In this document: piece after piece, positions 34,968 through 44,661 of the stretch
How the letters are laid out: each line of letters opens with the position of its first letter
Position numbering within the stretch: the first letter of the stretch is position 1
Assembly: GCA_016198275.1 (NCBI GenBank)
Contig: JACQIX010000038.1
Location: 2,340 to 66,339, forward strand
Length of the DNA stretch: 64,000 nucleotides
Source: Candidatus Daviesbacteria bacterium
GTDB lineage: Bacteria; Patescibacteriota; Microgenomatia; Daviesbacterales; UBA10151
Reading direction: 5' to 3'
The notes under the pieces: generated by a model
Told to the model about the DNA's origin: nothing
Database searches by the model: none
Seen by the model: only the letters and a program-made list of their open reading frames with translations
Program-made: the position numbers and the translations under genes

Positions 34968-35418
34968 TTGAATCGACTTCTTTGTCTACTTCATCTGGGG
35001 TAATTGGTTTAATAAATTGGAATAATTGAACAATACCGTAGGCTAACAATAGATATACTATTCCAGCAATGACTGTTGACCATTCAAATATTGAAGTACC
35101 ACTGGCCATTGGACTGACCACTCCGATAAAGGGCAAAGCTAGCGGGTTACTAAGAGAATAGATTAAATTAGTAAAACCACTAAAAGGATTTGCTCCAATC
35201 ATTTTTAATAAGAAACGAAATATTAGTAATACCTCAATAATACTTAAGATATACCAAATTATTTGATAGGAACGGAAAATGACTTTCTTTTTTTGAAATA
35301 CTTTTTGCGGGTGTTCTGTTTGTATCGGTGATGGAGTCACCCTGCTAATTTTTCTGACAACCTGACCAGGTGAAGATTTTTCAACTGTGGTGATTTCTTC
35401 TCTAGTTTGATCCTCCAT
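34960..35418 (-). CDS. YggT-family membrane protein
   Basis: IWYILSIIEVLLIFRFLLKMIGANP is followed by a second hydrophobic half. Confidence 0.55.
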   Translation of the reverse strand: MEDQTREEITTVEKSSPGQVVRKISRVTPSPIQTEHPQKVFQKKKVIFRSYQIIWYILSIIEVLLIFRFLLKMIGANPFSGFTNLIYSLSNPLALPFIGVVSPMASGTSIFEWSTVIAGIVYLLLAYGIVQLFQFIKPITPDEVDKEVDSNA

Positions 35419-35557
35419 AAAATCCCTTTATAATTATTTATACTAAATAAACATTACTTTTGCAAGTAAATTGTTTAATCATCTTCCCTCATATGCCTGC
35501 TTTAAACCAGAAACGCTTCGGTCACTCACGCCGATTTCTCCTATTTAATTTCATAAG

Positions 35558-35755
35558 TCAATTACCAACAATGCGAAGTTTCCGCCCTTCAACTAATACC
35601 AGGGATACTTTTTTGTACGCGGAGGAGAGGACTCTTTGGAAGGTGGACTGCGATACATCCATTTTTTTGGCAGCTTCGGTTTGGTCAAAATCTTTAATAT
35701 TTTCAAGCCTTAAAGATTCCAACTCTTCAAGGGTTATAATTAAAAGACCTTTTGC
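35558..35755 (-). pseudogene. 5'-truncated DUF134/UPF0251-like HTH gene remnant
   Basis: The frame is open with no ATG at its head. LIITLEELESLRLENIKDFDQTEAAKKMDVSQSTFQRVLSSAYKKVSLVLVEGRKL matches the C-terminal two thirds of DUF134 proteins. A GC-rich repeat lies where the N-terminal part should be. Confidence 0.45.
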
Positions 35756-35846
35756 TCACCAGATGGGCTTTAGAAGTGAGCCATTCGGCCCTGAGCTCAT
35801 GGTCGAAGGACTTGTCGAACTGACGATTTTAGACAAATTGATCGGG

Positions 35847-37892
35847 TTAGTGAGATAGAATTTCCAAATCTCTTTTTATTTCATCGACGCTGATTTTTTC
35901 GAAAGGGCCAATAACAATAGGCATCCTAATAAAAGCAGTTACTTTAACTCCATTCTTATCAATAACTTTGCTTCGGTAACGATCTTGGAAAGTGTTGGTT
36001 AAATAACAGCCACTTTGATTCTCTATGATTAACTGATAAATATCAGGGTTGACATTTGGCATGAATCCTAATTTAAAGTCAAAATCCTTATCAAAGCTGC
36101 ACAATTTAATATTGAAGGCGAACTTTTCTAGATCTACAACTTGTATTTCATTTTTTTCAAAGATTGTTCCTTTTTGGAGAAAAACTTGGTTTAGAGAGAG
36201 GTTTTGAACTTGTTCTGCGGTGAGTAAATCTTTGTGAATAATGATATATTGTATGCCGATAGCATACAACTCTTTAAGTTTATTTTCCTCAAAGGGTATT
36301 TTAAAAGATCCCAAAAAGTAAAACGCGTCAGGAGGGGTGTAACCATTGTATCCATTGATCATTTTTTCGCCAGTTAAAGTGCCAAAGTTGAGAATTCCCG
36401 TTGTGTCACCTAGGGTGTAGGAATGAAACGTGCCTTTGCCTTTTAAGAAGCTAAAATTATGTTTGATATAATCTTTTTCCCCGAGAATTGCAGAGGTAGA
36501 ATCAAACCTAAAGTGATTAAAATTCTCTACTATTAATAGAGTCGCCAACAAAATCAGGATCGGCAGAAAAGAACGTTTTTTAGTCCTGAAAATCATCAAA
36601 GAGCCATAAGCTACTAGAATTGAAAAGGGAATATAAAAGATAAATTGAAACCTTGACAGCACCCTTATGCCTTTGAAAATCGGTAACCATTGAATAAGGT
36701 AATGAAATGGCATTTTGATATTGCTACTTTGACTTGAATTGAAAGCTAAGTTTGGTCCAAAAGCCAGCATACCACTCGTAATTAAGACGAGACAACTGGT
36801 GGCCAAAACTAATCGGTCGTTATTTTCTCTATTATCCCATCTTCGAAGTGATTTAATAAGAAAAAATAAACCCAGTATAGCTAAGATTGAAGGTATAGTA
36901 TTTAAGAAAAGGGTATGTTCCTCACTTGCTGTATCACCTCCTCCAGGAATTTTTTCAGATCTATCTGTCTTCAACAAATTCTTATATAAAAGGTTATTAG
37001 GAAGTGGCGAAACCCAGTCTTCTAAAGTTGCTGAATACCACCATAAGTACTGGATATCAAAAGCAGCCTTTTCTTTATGTGCAAAGTTTAAAATAGGCAG
37101 GTAGAAAAAGGTTAATATGGGAATAAATAGAATAAAAAATAAGCTTTTCTTCAAGATTTTTACAAAATAAATGTAGTTTCTTCTATAAAAATTCAGGAAG
37201 AAGAAAAATAGAAGGTAGACAACTAAAGCAAAATTACTAAAAAACATAAGGTAGAAGGAAGTTAAAGCATTGAGGGTAAAAAACAAGAAAAAAAGAAGCG
37301 CTGCCTTAGTCTCCGGCTTTTTAAAAAACAAATATCCATATAACAACAAAGGAGGAAGAAAATATTTACCCATCAATTGAACATGATTGGGGAAATGAGC
37401 ATAAGTCATTGGATTAAAGGTATAAACTATAGCTCCAATAAAAGAGGCATATTTATTTTTTATTAGATAGTTTAGGCAATAAAAACTAGAAATAAATGAT
37501 AGAACAAAACTTAGGAAAACATAGAAGTTAACAGAGAATGCTAATTGTTGGCTTATCCAGTAAATAGGTGAAAAAATTAACGATGGAATAAATAAAAATT
37601 CACCAAAAGCTACTGAATATGGCCAAGGATAGAGTTGGAAAGAATTAAAATATTGATTTGGATTTAAAATTCTGCCCGTAGCAAGAGAAAGCTGGTTGTA
37701 CCAAAGAATGTAACCGTTCAAAGGATAATCTCCAATATCTGAATAAAATGTTGCGAGCTTAAGAAGAAATGGCCAAGTGAGAATTGTTGTTAAAATACTC
37801 CCCAGGACTATGAGAATAAATAGTTGAAATAATTTTTGTCTCACTTTAAATTCATTTAGTATGAAGTTACCATAATGTCTACCCCTGAACAA
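35847..37892 (-). CDS. Large polytopic membrane protein, possibly a GT-C-type glycosyltransferase
   Basis: The ORF encodes 681 aa, with at least 12 TM segments followed by a soluble C-terminal domain. Only the architecture supports the call. Confidence 0.6.
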   Translation of the reverse strand: MFRGRHYGNFILNEFKVRQKLFQLFILIVLGSILTTILTWPFLLKLATFYSDIGDYPLNGYILWYNQLSLATGRILNPNQYFNSFQLYPWPYSVAFGEFLFIPSLIFSPIYWISQQLAFSVNFYVFLSFVLSFISSFYCLNYLIKNKYASFIGAIVYTFNPMTYAHFPNHVQLMGKYFLPPLLLYGYLFFKKPETKAALLFFLFFTLNALTSFYLMFFSNFALVVYLLFFFFLNFYRRNYIYFVKILKKSLFFILFIPILTFFYLPILNFAHKEKAAFDIQYLWWYSATLEDWVSPLPNNLLYKNLLKTDRSEKIPGGGDTASEEHTLFLNTIPSILAILGLFFLIKSLRRWDNRENNDRLVLATSCLVLITSGMLAFGPNLAFNSSQSSNIKMPFHYLIQWLPIFKGIRVLSRFQFIFYIPFSILVAYGSLMIFRTKKRSFLPILILLATLLIVENFNHFRFDSTSAILGEKDYIKHNFSFLKGKGTFHSYTLGDTTGILNFGTLTGEKMINGYNGYTPPDAFYFLGSFKIPFEENKLKELYAIGIQYIIIHKDLLTAEQVQNLSLNQVFLQKGTIFEKNEIQVVDLEKFAFNIKLCSFDKDFDFKLGFMPNVNPDIYQLIIENQSGCYLTNTFQDRYRSKVIDKNGVKVTAFIRMPIVIGPFEKISVDEIKRDLEILSH

Positions 37893-37990
37893 CAGACTTT
37901 ACACGCAAGAAGTAGCTATCTTTTACAACTTTTTCAAAATTAAGGAAGTAGCTTTTCTCCTTGATACTCGAATACATCGTAGTCTGGGAA

Positions 37991-38290
37991 CTAAGAAACC
38001 CTTTTGTTTAGTAGATATCTCAAATATTCGTATAGCCTAGAGAAAGAAACGTTATTTTGATTAATGAAGCTCCTCATCGACTCAAGAAGGCTGTTGCTAT
38101 CTAAATGCCTCTGCAGAGTAGTTTTTATATCTTCTGGTATATCTTTAGAGACCTGCACCTCCTCCATTAATTTATCGATCTTGTGATTAGAACTAACCTG
38201 TTCGCCCACGGTAATCAATAACCCTTTCATTAGAAGCTCAAGGCCGTGATAGAAATTGAATTTCCAGAACTTACTCTCCAGCAAACTCAA
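37991..38290 (-). CDS. Small helical protein, HEPN-like (weak)
   Basis: FNFYHGLELLMKGLLITVGEQVSSNHKIDKL resembles the HEPN helix pattern. It starts at a non-ATG codon (TTG). Confidence 0.35.
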   Translation of the reverse strand: MSLLESKFWKFNFYHGLELLMKGLLITVGEQVSSNHKIDKLMEEVQVSKDIPEDIKTTLQRHLDSNSLLESMRSFINQNNVSFSRLYEYLRYLLNKRVS

Positions 38291-38349
38291 GACTTATTAG
38301 CTATAGCTTAATCACCTGATATTTCGGGTAAGGTAGTTGTCCCAAATAT

Positions 38350-39606
38350 TTATTTAATTCTCCAGCGATGGATACGTTTTACCTTAATACTTTCGACACT
38401 CCCTTTCCTAGCCAACGAAATTAAAATATTCCGTGTGCCATCTTTGGATCGAACCATATTATGTTCATCTTTTAAATACTCTAATAACTGAACAATGGTT
38501 ATATCGGGATATCTTGCCAAAACTCCTAAAACCGTACCTGCAAATACTTCTCTCTCAAGGACATATGGAGATCGATTTTTAGCCCTCAAAAGCAAACTAG
38601 TTACTCTTTGAGGGTCTGCTATAAAATTACGTGCATACTCACTATTTCTTCTCATCCAATCTGGATTCATCTGCTGGAATTGATCAATGACAGTTAATAG
38701 ATCTGCTAGTCTAAGTCTTTGATTATCAGTTAAGTCGATTTCTGATTTCACATTGTATCCGAATTTACCTTTTTCTAAATATCCCTGCTTGACTAAGCTT
38801 GCTAATACACCTGAAACGGTAGCCATCTTCTTATGACCTCCCTGTACTACTGAAGCTGTTACTTGTTGTATATCTACTAACTCGCCAGAATGCCGCAACA
38901 TAAAATCATATATTTCTTCTGTTAATTTAACCGATGTTCGATAAGTATTAGGTGTGTTTGCTGGTCTTTCTGAAGATAGCCTAAAAAATGACACTGGAGC
39001 CTCGGATTCGGCAGCATGATATGTAATAACGTTACCTCTTCCAAGTACATCTAAATGTTCACCTATCTGAAAAGGTGCTACTCCTAATGATAGTGCTAGT
39101 TCATAGGTTTTAATCGGAAGTTTCTGGGTTAATAACTCCCAAAAGATGCGAAACCTGTTTAAAGGTGATCTAACTTTATCTCTTAACGTATCTTCCGGCA
39201 CTGGAGAATTATCTGTTTTGAAAAAACTAGACGCTGTAGAACCAAATAGTTGACGGAGTGACACATCTTCATGCCTTTCTAAGAATGATATTAATGCACC
39301 TATGAATGGTTCCCCCACATTTTGCCCATATTCTGTTTTAATATAACCGTAAGTGGATAGGTCTGGGTTTAACACCTCTTTAGCTACCAAGCCAGTAGGC
39401 TCAAGAGAATTTTGAAGGTACTGAAATGGACCATTTACATTCATTCTCCAACTTACATATGACCCCTGAACATCAATAAATAATCTATGCGCACTAGGAC
39501 GATTATAGATCGTATGAGGATCCATAGCTACAAGAAGAACTCCTTTTGCCTCATGATTGCCCACAGATGCTAATAGGTTTCCTATTTCGTTTTCCTGAAA
39601 ACTCAT
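38350..39606 (-). CDS. Hypothetical 418-aa protein, apparently with several winged-helix-like modules
   Basis: This is a long ORF. Segments such as TVSGVLASLVKQGYLEKGKFGY and RNILISLARKGSVESIKV look like wHTH recognition regions. Confidence 0.6.
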   Translation of the reverse strand: MSFQENEIGNLLASVGNHEAKGVLLVAMDPHTIYNRPSAHRLFIDVQGSYVSWRMNVNGPFQYLQNSLEPTGLVAKEVLNPDLSTYGYIKTEYGQNVGEPFIGALISFLERHEDVSLRQLFGSTASSFFKTDNSPVPEDTLRDKVRSPLNRFRIFWELLTQKLPIKTYELALSLGVAPFQIGEHLDVLGRGNVITYHAAESEAPVSFFRLSSERPANTPNTYRTSVKLTEEIYDFMLRHSGELVDIQQVTASVVQGGHKKMATVSGVLASLVKQGYLEKGKFGYNVKSEIDLTDNQRLRLADLLTVIDQFQQMNPDWMRRNSEYARNFIADPQRVTSLLLRAKNRSPYVLEREVFAGTVLGVLARYPDITIVQLLEYLKDEHNMVRSKDGTRNILISLARKGSVESIKVKRIHRWRIK

Positions 39607-39715
39607 AGGGTTAATTATAGCGCAAAAGGATTAAAATATCAAACTATAGGACTTTGCTCCGTAATCCTAGTTTTAATCGAACTAAAGGTTTAACACAAGT
39701 TATTAGGGCTTCTAT

Positions 39716-39997
39716 TTAAAGAGCTACTTTCTTCTCACCTTTTACGTATTGGCTAATCAGCAAGTTAATAAGAGTTTGGTAGGCAATTCTATTTCTTTTA
39801 GCCTTAGCTTTCACTTTAATTAAATCTTCCTTGTTAATCCTTAGAGTAATGCTTTTAGTTCCCTGTAATTCTCTGTAGTTTTTAACAGCTTCCTTAAACA
39901 GAAGTTTAGTATCTTCAAGATTAGAAACACTTTCAAACTCACCCTTTTCTAAAGCATCTTCAATCTCCTGTTCGTACTTATCATGAGTAATCTTCAT
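39716..39997 (-). CDS. brnA: BrnA-type (CopG/RHH-like) antitoxin
   Basis: KSITLRINKEDLIKVKAKAKRNRIAYQTLINLLISQY is the motif. It overlaps the upstream toxin gene by 4 nt. Confidence 0.7.
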   Translation of the reverse strand: MKITHDKYEQEIEDALEKGEFESVSNLEDTKLLFKEAVKNYRELQGTKSITLRINKEDLIKVKAKAKRNRIAYQTLINLLISQYVKGEKKVAL

Positions 39998-40317
39998 CTT
40001 TTCATCCCTCCTTTCAAATATTTTTCTGTTAACACCCTGCTCGGGTAGACAGTCTTAAGAAAGATCACTTTCCTGTTTGAATCTATGACATAAGGCACAG
40101 CATAGGCATATTTATCTCTCTTTATTACCAGTATTCTTTGGTGAGCATATTTTTTATTACTATGCTTTAAATCACCCAGTATCTCTTTTTCTTCAATAGC
40201 AACAATAATATCCTCAAGCCCTATACCTCTGGTTTCTTTTAATAACAAATTTTTCTCTTCAGAAAACTCAATTCTGTAACCTCTATACTTCACATATTCA
40301 TTATACTCTATGTACAT
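39994..40317 (-). CDS. brnT: BrnT-type (DUF497) toxin
   Basis: IEFSEEKNLLLKETRGIGLEDI parallels the BrnT pattern FEWDxxKxxxNxxKHGhxFEEA. The toxin-first order is as in brnTA operons. Confidence 0.6.
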   Translation of the reverse strand: MYIEYNEYVKYRGYRIEFSEEKNLLLKETRGIGLEDIIVAIEEKEILGDLKHSNKKYAHQRILVIKRDKYAYAVPYVIDSNRKVIFLKTVYPSRVLTEKYLKGGMKR

Positions 40318-40867
40318 ACTTTGTCAATACACAGTATAATTTATTTTAAGAGAATCATAACTCTAATAAAACTATTCAATTAGCTTGTATCTACAAGGCT
40401 TTCTTTAACTTTAGGCTTGCACTTGTTCTGAGCGGACTTGTGGTGAGCAAAGTCGAACCAGCCGAAGGATAGCTCAAATCAGGGAGGAAATAGAAAAAAG
40501 TAGTTTTATCTAACCGTGGGTAATCCGTAAACGGTACCTATTGGAAAAACAAATAAGGTTTTTGTTTGATTTGGTTCTGTTGGAGCTTTTAAACCACAGC
40601 CGTATTCTATCATACAAAACAGAGTACCACGCCTTTAGGCGTGGGTGAATGTTTTTCCGCCGACTTGTCCTGAGCTTGTCGAAGGAAGGCGGTCTTCGCG
40701 AAGCGAAGTATGAGAAGATACCACGGCTTTATAAGAACTATCTGACTCCCCCTAATTGACTTATTCAGGAACCGAAAGCTTGAGTTTGGTTGTGACCTAA
40801 GTAGCCTCAAAATCCTTTACTCTGAACTTAATATACCAGAACCGAACTATAGATATGCTTAGAACTC

Positions 40868-42241
40868 TTAATTATGCAAAGGCATATCAAGAAGCTTTTG
40901 AGTAGCATTATATTTAATATATTTTCCTTCTCTGAGTCCCTTTATCAAACCTATCTTTACCAGCTGTTTAATATCTTTAGCCGCCGTCTGTCTAGAAATA
41001 TTATTAAGAGTAGCATGAGATGTAATTGTTGAGTAAGCATTAGTCTCAGATGCTAAATGATGTATCAAATATCTCTGTCTATCTACAAGATTTATATCTT
41101 TGCTAATAATACTATCTATCTGCTTATTTTCTAAAATTTTCTCATTCACATACTCATTAAAGTCACTCAGAGCCTGCATAATTTTTCTTATATGAAAATC
41201 AAAAAAGTACGTAGCATCATAAAAATCTTGTTCTGAATAGATATAAGCCATTGAGTATTGAATTGGAGCTCGCTTAATTACCAGAGAAATTGGTAAGTAC
41301 ATAAAGGTCCAATACTTTTTCTTTAGGAGATACCAATAAAATAAAGTCCTTGCCAGTCTACCATTTCCATCAACAAAAGGGTGTAAATAACCAATCCAAA
41401 AATGCAAGAAGATGGCTTTAACAATAGGATGTAAAAACTTCTCACTATCTTCATCGTTCGCGAATTCGATCACTCTCCTTATTTCTTCTTTTACAAAATT
41501 CTCATTTGGAGGTATATGCGAAATATACTCCTGACTTCCAATCATACCCTGCACTACAATATTATCTGAATCCTTCCTAAATCTACCTTGCTGCTCCTCT
41601 TTTATTGTTTTCTGGGTTAACATTCTATGCATTTCGAATAATAAGGCTTCAGAAAGAGGTTGACTCTTATAATCTTCATCAATTTTTGCAATAGTATTGT
41701 AATTATTTAGAATCATTTGTTCATCTTTGTTTCTTGGTTCTCTTTTTTCAGTTATCATTTTTTTAGCTGCTTGCCTTGTAGTGTGAGCCCCTTCTAATTG
41801 ACTTGATGCTATTGCTTCCTCCAAAATCCCCCTGGAAATAAACTTTTGTTTGTTAGATTCTGACAACGCCTCCATTGTAGTAAAAATTTGACCACCTGAA
41901 CTAATATCAATTTTATGCAAAAATTCATCTACATAAGGCAGTCTAATCCATCTGAAATAATCCTTCTTTTCTGTTTTAATAGGGGTTGCCCTTGAGACAG
42001 CATTCCGAAACTGCCTAACAAGAAACCATGTCTCCTCTGGAGTTAACCCCTCCGGCATTTGTTTGTATTTCATTTCATCCCAATAGAGATAGCGTGGTTC
42101 ATTTATTACCTGAAGGAACTCAGTGAATTTATTTCCTAAACTTTCAAGTTTTTCAAAAATCTTACTTCTATCTACTCGTCCTAAATCTGGTTTTTCTAAA
42201 AAATAACGCTGTAGTTGATAATTGGTAGTTGTATCTGACAT
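40868..42241 (-). CDS. Fic/DOC family protein with a C-terminal winged helix
   Basis: The Fic motif reads HPFVDGNGRLARTLFYW. The C-terminus reads NISRQTAAKDIKQLVKIGLIKGLREGKYIKY. Confidence 0.85.
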   Translation of the reverse strand: MSDTTTNYQLQRYFLEKPDLGRVDRSKIFEKLESLGNKFTEFLQVINEPRYLYWDEMKYKQMPEGLTPEETWFLVRQFRNAVSRATPIKTEKKDYFRWIRLPYVDEFLHKIDISSGGQIFTTMEALSESNKQKFISRGILEEAIASSQLEGAHTTRQAAKKMITEKREPRNKDEQMILNNYNTIAKIDEDYKSQPLSEALLFEMHRMLTQKTIKEEQQGRFRKDSDNIVVQGMIGSQEYISHIPPNENFVKEEIRRVIEFANDEDSEKFLHPIVKAIFLHFWIGYLHPFVDGNGRLARTLFYWYLLKKKYWTFMYLPISLVIKRAPIQYSMAYIYSEQDFYDATYFFDFHIRKIMQALSDFNEYVNEKILENKQIDSIISKDINLVDRQRYLIHHLASETNAYSTITSHATLNNISRQTAAKDIKQLVKIGLIKGLREGKYIKYNATQKLLDMPLHN

Positions 42242-42320
42242 GTTAAATACATGTTAACTATGTGTTAACACTTAACATGTTAACATCGTGTTAACTATAT
42301 GTCAATATTTAACATATTCG
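42240..42320. promoter_or_regulatory. Array of TGTTAAC (GTTAAC palindrome) repeats directly upstream of the Fic start codon; putative operator
   Basis: TGTTAAC occurs at 42252, 42263, 42278 and 42289, giving spacings of 11, 15 and 11 nt. A TGTTAAA variant lies at the start codon, and inverted TTAACAT copies lie at about 42272 and 42309. Confidence 0.5.
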
Positions 42321-42480
42321 TGCGTACTCTAATTTGCTCCCCCTAGTAAATACGCTTAGAACTTTTGACTACTCACTATTTCAAGGTTACCAGCCACAGT
42401 TTTTACAAGCTTATGCGTAAAAATCAAATTGATGCAAACATATCTGGTAAAATGGCTTGTGATTATTGTAAACTATAATT

Positions 42481-43722
42481 ATGGAAAAAAGTAATGATTT
42501 GAATAATCCTGGAATTGATATACCACAATCTCAACAAGCACAAACGGGCAGTTTACAGCAACCGGTTAATGAAACCTCGCCACGGCCCCCAATCCAACCC
42601 CAATCTAGTAAGAAATGGTTAATACCAGGCTTAATTGGTCTTATTGTATTGTCTTTAAGTTTTGCAGTGTATTTTGCCTATCAAAATATTCAGTTAAAAA
42701 AGCAGTCTAGTTCTATCCAACCAACCCCAACACCATCTTTTTCTCAGGCTCTATCACCCGCGAATAACCCAGTAAGCAAACCAGAATTGAGCAATAAGCT
42801 TATTTCATACACCACAAATGAAGGATTGGTGGTATCCGATATTGATGGAAATAATAAAAAGGTTGTTTTTACAGTAAAAGACCCATATTTTTCTTGGGAT
42901 TGGAACCCTAAAGCTAACGAAGTTGTTGCTAGTAATGCAATTCTAAAAAATCTTGATACTGGAATTGAAAAGAAAGTCCCAGCAGGCAGATGCCACAACT
43001 GGTCTCCAGACGGTAGCAAAATTGCTTATGAAGGTGGAGGTGGGCTTTTCTATATGAACTCTGACGGCACAAATCCTGTCAAAATAACCGATGAAGGTTC
43101 GTTGTGCGGAGGCTCCAATAGTGTATTTCACTGGCTACCTGACAGTAAATCGCTAATATATTTAACTAATAATGGTGCCACATATACTAACGAGGTAGTT
43201 CACTCTATTATGAAATACGATACTAGTAACCGTTCAACAACAAAGATATACCAAGACGAAAAAGGGTCAGGACAAATAAGAACCCCTTCAATTTCCCCAG
43301 ATGGGACAAAGGTGGTATTTATGATGAGTGTTGACAGAGGAAATAATTCAAATCAATTAACCGAAAATGTTTACATTATAAACATAGACGGCTCAGGACT
43401 TACCCAACTTACAAACTTGGAGGCAGAAGGCGAATATGGTCAAGGTATAGGTATGCCCATTTTTAGCACAGATAGTAAAAGCATATTCTTTGTTAGCAAT
43501 AGCACTATAAGCAAATACCAAGGTTTAACAATGTTGGATATTCAAACAAAAACGATTACTCGCCTAGCAAACGAAACAGCAAACGCATACTCTCCCGCGA
43601 CAATTTCGCCTGATGGTAAATATGTCGCATATGATGCCTTTGGTAAAGTCGTAGTAGTTAACTTGGAAACAAAGAATAAAACCCTAATCAATAACGCAGG
43701 ATTTGTGCTGTGGCAAAAATAA
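42481..43722 (+). CDS. Membrane-anchored TolB-like beta-propeller (PD40/WD40-like repeats) protein
   Basis: It has an N-terminal TM segment and repeated SPDG motifs (SPDGSKIAYE, SPDGTKVVFM, SPDGKYVAYD). Confidence 0.7.
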   Translation: MEKSNDLNNPGIDIPQSQQAQTGSLQQPVNETSPRPPIQPQSSKKWLIPGLIGLIVLSLSFAVYFAYQNIQLKKQSSSIQPTPTPSFSQALSPANNPVSKPELSNKLISYTTNEGLVVSDIDGNNKKVVFTVKDPYFSWDWNPKANEVVASNAILKNLDTGIEKKVPAGRCHNWSPDGSKIAYEGGGGLFYMNSDGTNPVKITDEGSLCGGSNSVFHWLPDSKSLIYLTNNGATYTNEVVHSIMKYDTSNRSTTKIYQDEKGSGQIRTPSISPDGTKVVFMMSVDRGNNSNQLTENVYIINIDGSGLTQLTNLEAEGEYGQGIGMPIFSTDSKSIFFVSNSTISKYQGLTMLDIQTKTITRLANETANAYSPATISPDGKYVAYDAFGKVVVVNLETKNKTLINNAGFVLWQK

Positions 43723-44133
43723 TTCTCCAAAAAATAATCTTCTTCAACTTTTTAACTCATATAGGTTACGCCAAAGCAGTATAATTGCATTGGAGCGTAG
43801 TAATGAAAAAAGTAACGAAATTACCACTAGTTGACCCGGATTTATACAAAGTTAGTGATAGCAAGGGTATCACTCTGGGTAAACTGAACCAGTTGCCCCT
43901 GAAGAACGGGTTAAGTTTATTGAACCCATAATTCAAGCAAACAATGAGCAGTTTAGTAAGCTCGCCAATACCATCGCAGAAGTTGCTAACTTCGGTAAAA
44001 CATTTAGCAATCTTGCCACTTCAATTAAATTTCCAATTATTGATATTCTAGACAACTTAAAGCTCCCAGAGTTGCCACAAATACCTGATTTTTATAGCGG
44101 CATTGACACTAAAGCCATTTTTACACTACCAGA

Positions 44134-44651
44134 TTGACTAAACAGCCTCATGGATATATTAATTTAATTAAAAGCTTTGTACCAATTAAAGCTAACCAGT
44201 TGTGGTGTTCGGATTTAAGTTACATTAAGTTCCTGGATAGATTCTGGTACCTAGCAACCATTGAGGATATATTTACCAGACAAATAGTTGGAGTAAATTT
44301 TGGCAAATACCACAACAGTGAGCTGGTTTTGCAAACCGTGAAACAAGCCATTTTAAATACTAAACAAACCCCTGGAACTTTCCACTCTGACCAAGGAACT
44401 GAATTCATGGCTAAAACTTGACAGATTATTTAGAAGAAAAAGGAGCCAAAATATCAGTATCAGACAAAGCCTCACCTTGGCAAAATGGCTACCAGGAATC
44501 ATTTTACTCAGGGTTTAAGTTGGATTTAGGTCCTACCAGTCACATTAAGGAGTTGGGAGAATTGTTTGAGGTGATTGCTAAAACTATGAATTACTACAAC
44601 AACTCAAGAATTCATACTAGCCTGAAAATGAGTCCGGTAGCGTTTAGATAA
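44134..44651 (+). pseudogene. IS3-family transposase (OrfB, rve integrase core) remnant, 5'-truncated and frameshifted
   Basis: NQLWCSDLSYIKF..WYLATIEDIFTRQIVG..FHSDQGTEFMAKT-stop is followed in another frame by TDYLEEKGAKISVSDKASPWQNGYQESF..YNNSRIHTSL. OrfA and the OrfB N-terminus are absent. Confidence 0.8.
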
Positions 44652-44661
44652 GGTAGAGAAT

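Noticed and set aside
40610-40810. Tracked 66-aa ORF in the BrnT-Fic spacer
   Set aside because: It is composed of translated GC-rich repeat units (LRQAQDKSAE-type). It has no RBS and no coding-like context.
43723-44133. Possible IS3 OrfA or phage gene in the spacer before the transposase remnant (e.g. the 42-codon ORF from 43803)
   Set aside because: There is no HTH or leucine-zipper pattern typical of IS3 OrfA and no frameshift heptamer. The frames are short and broken, so I left it unannotated.
44419-44421. Alternative genetic code (UGA read as an amino acid), suggested by the in-frame TGA in the transposase and the TAA at 20566
   Set aside because: TGA cleanly terminates well-supported genes at sensible positions. 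Examples are 20390..20392 and 26646..26648, the latter just before the msrA start. The transposase also needs a frame change, so decay explains it better than recoding.
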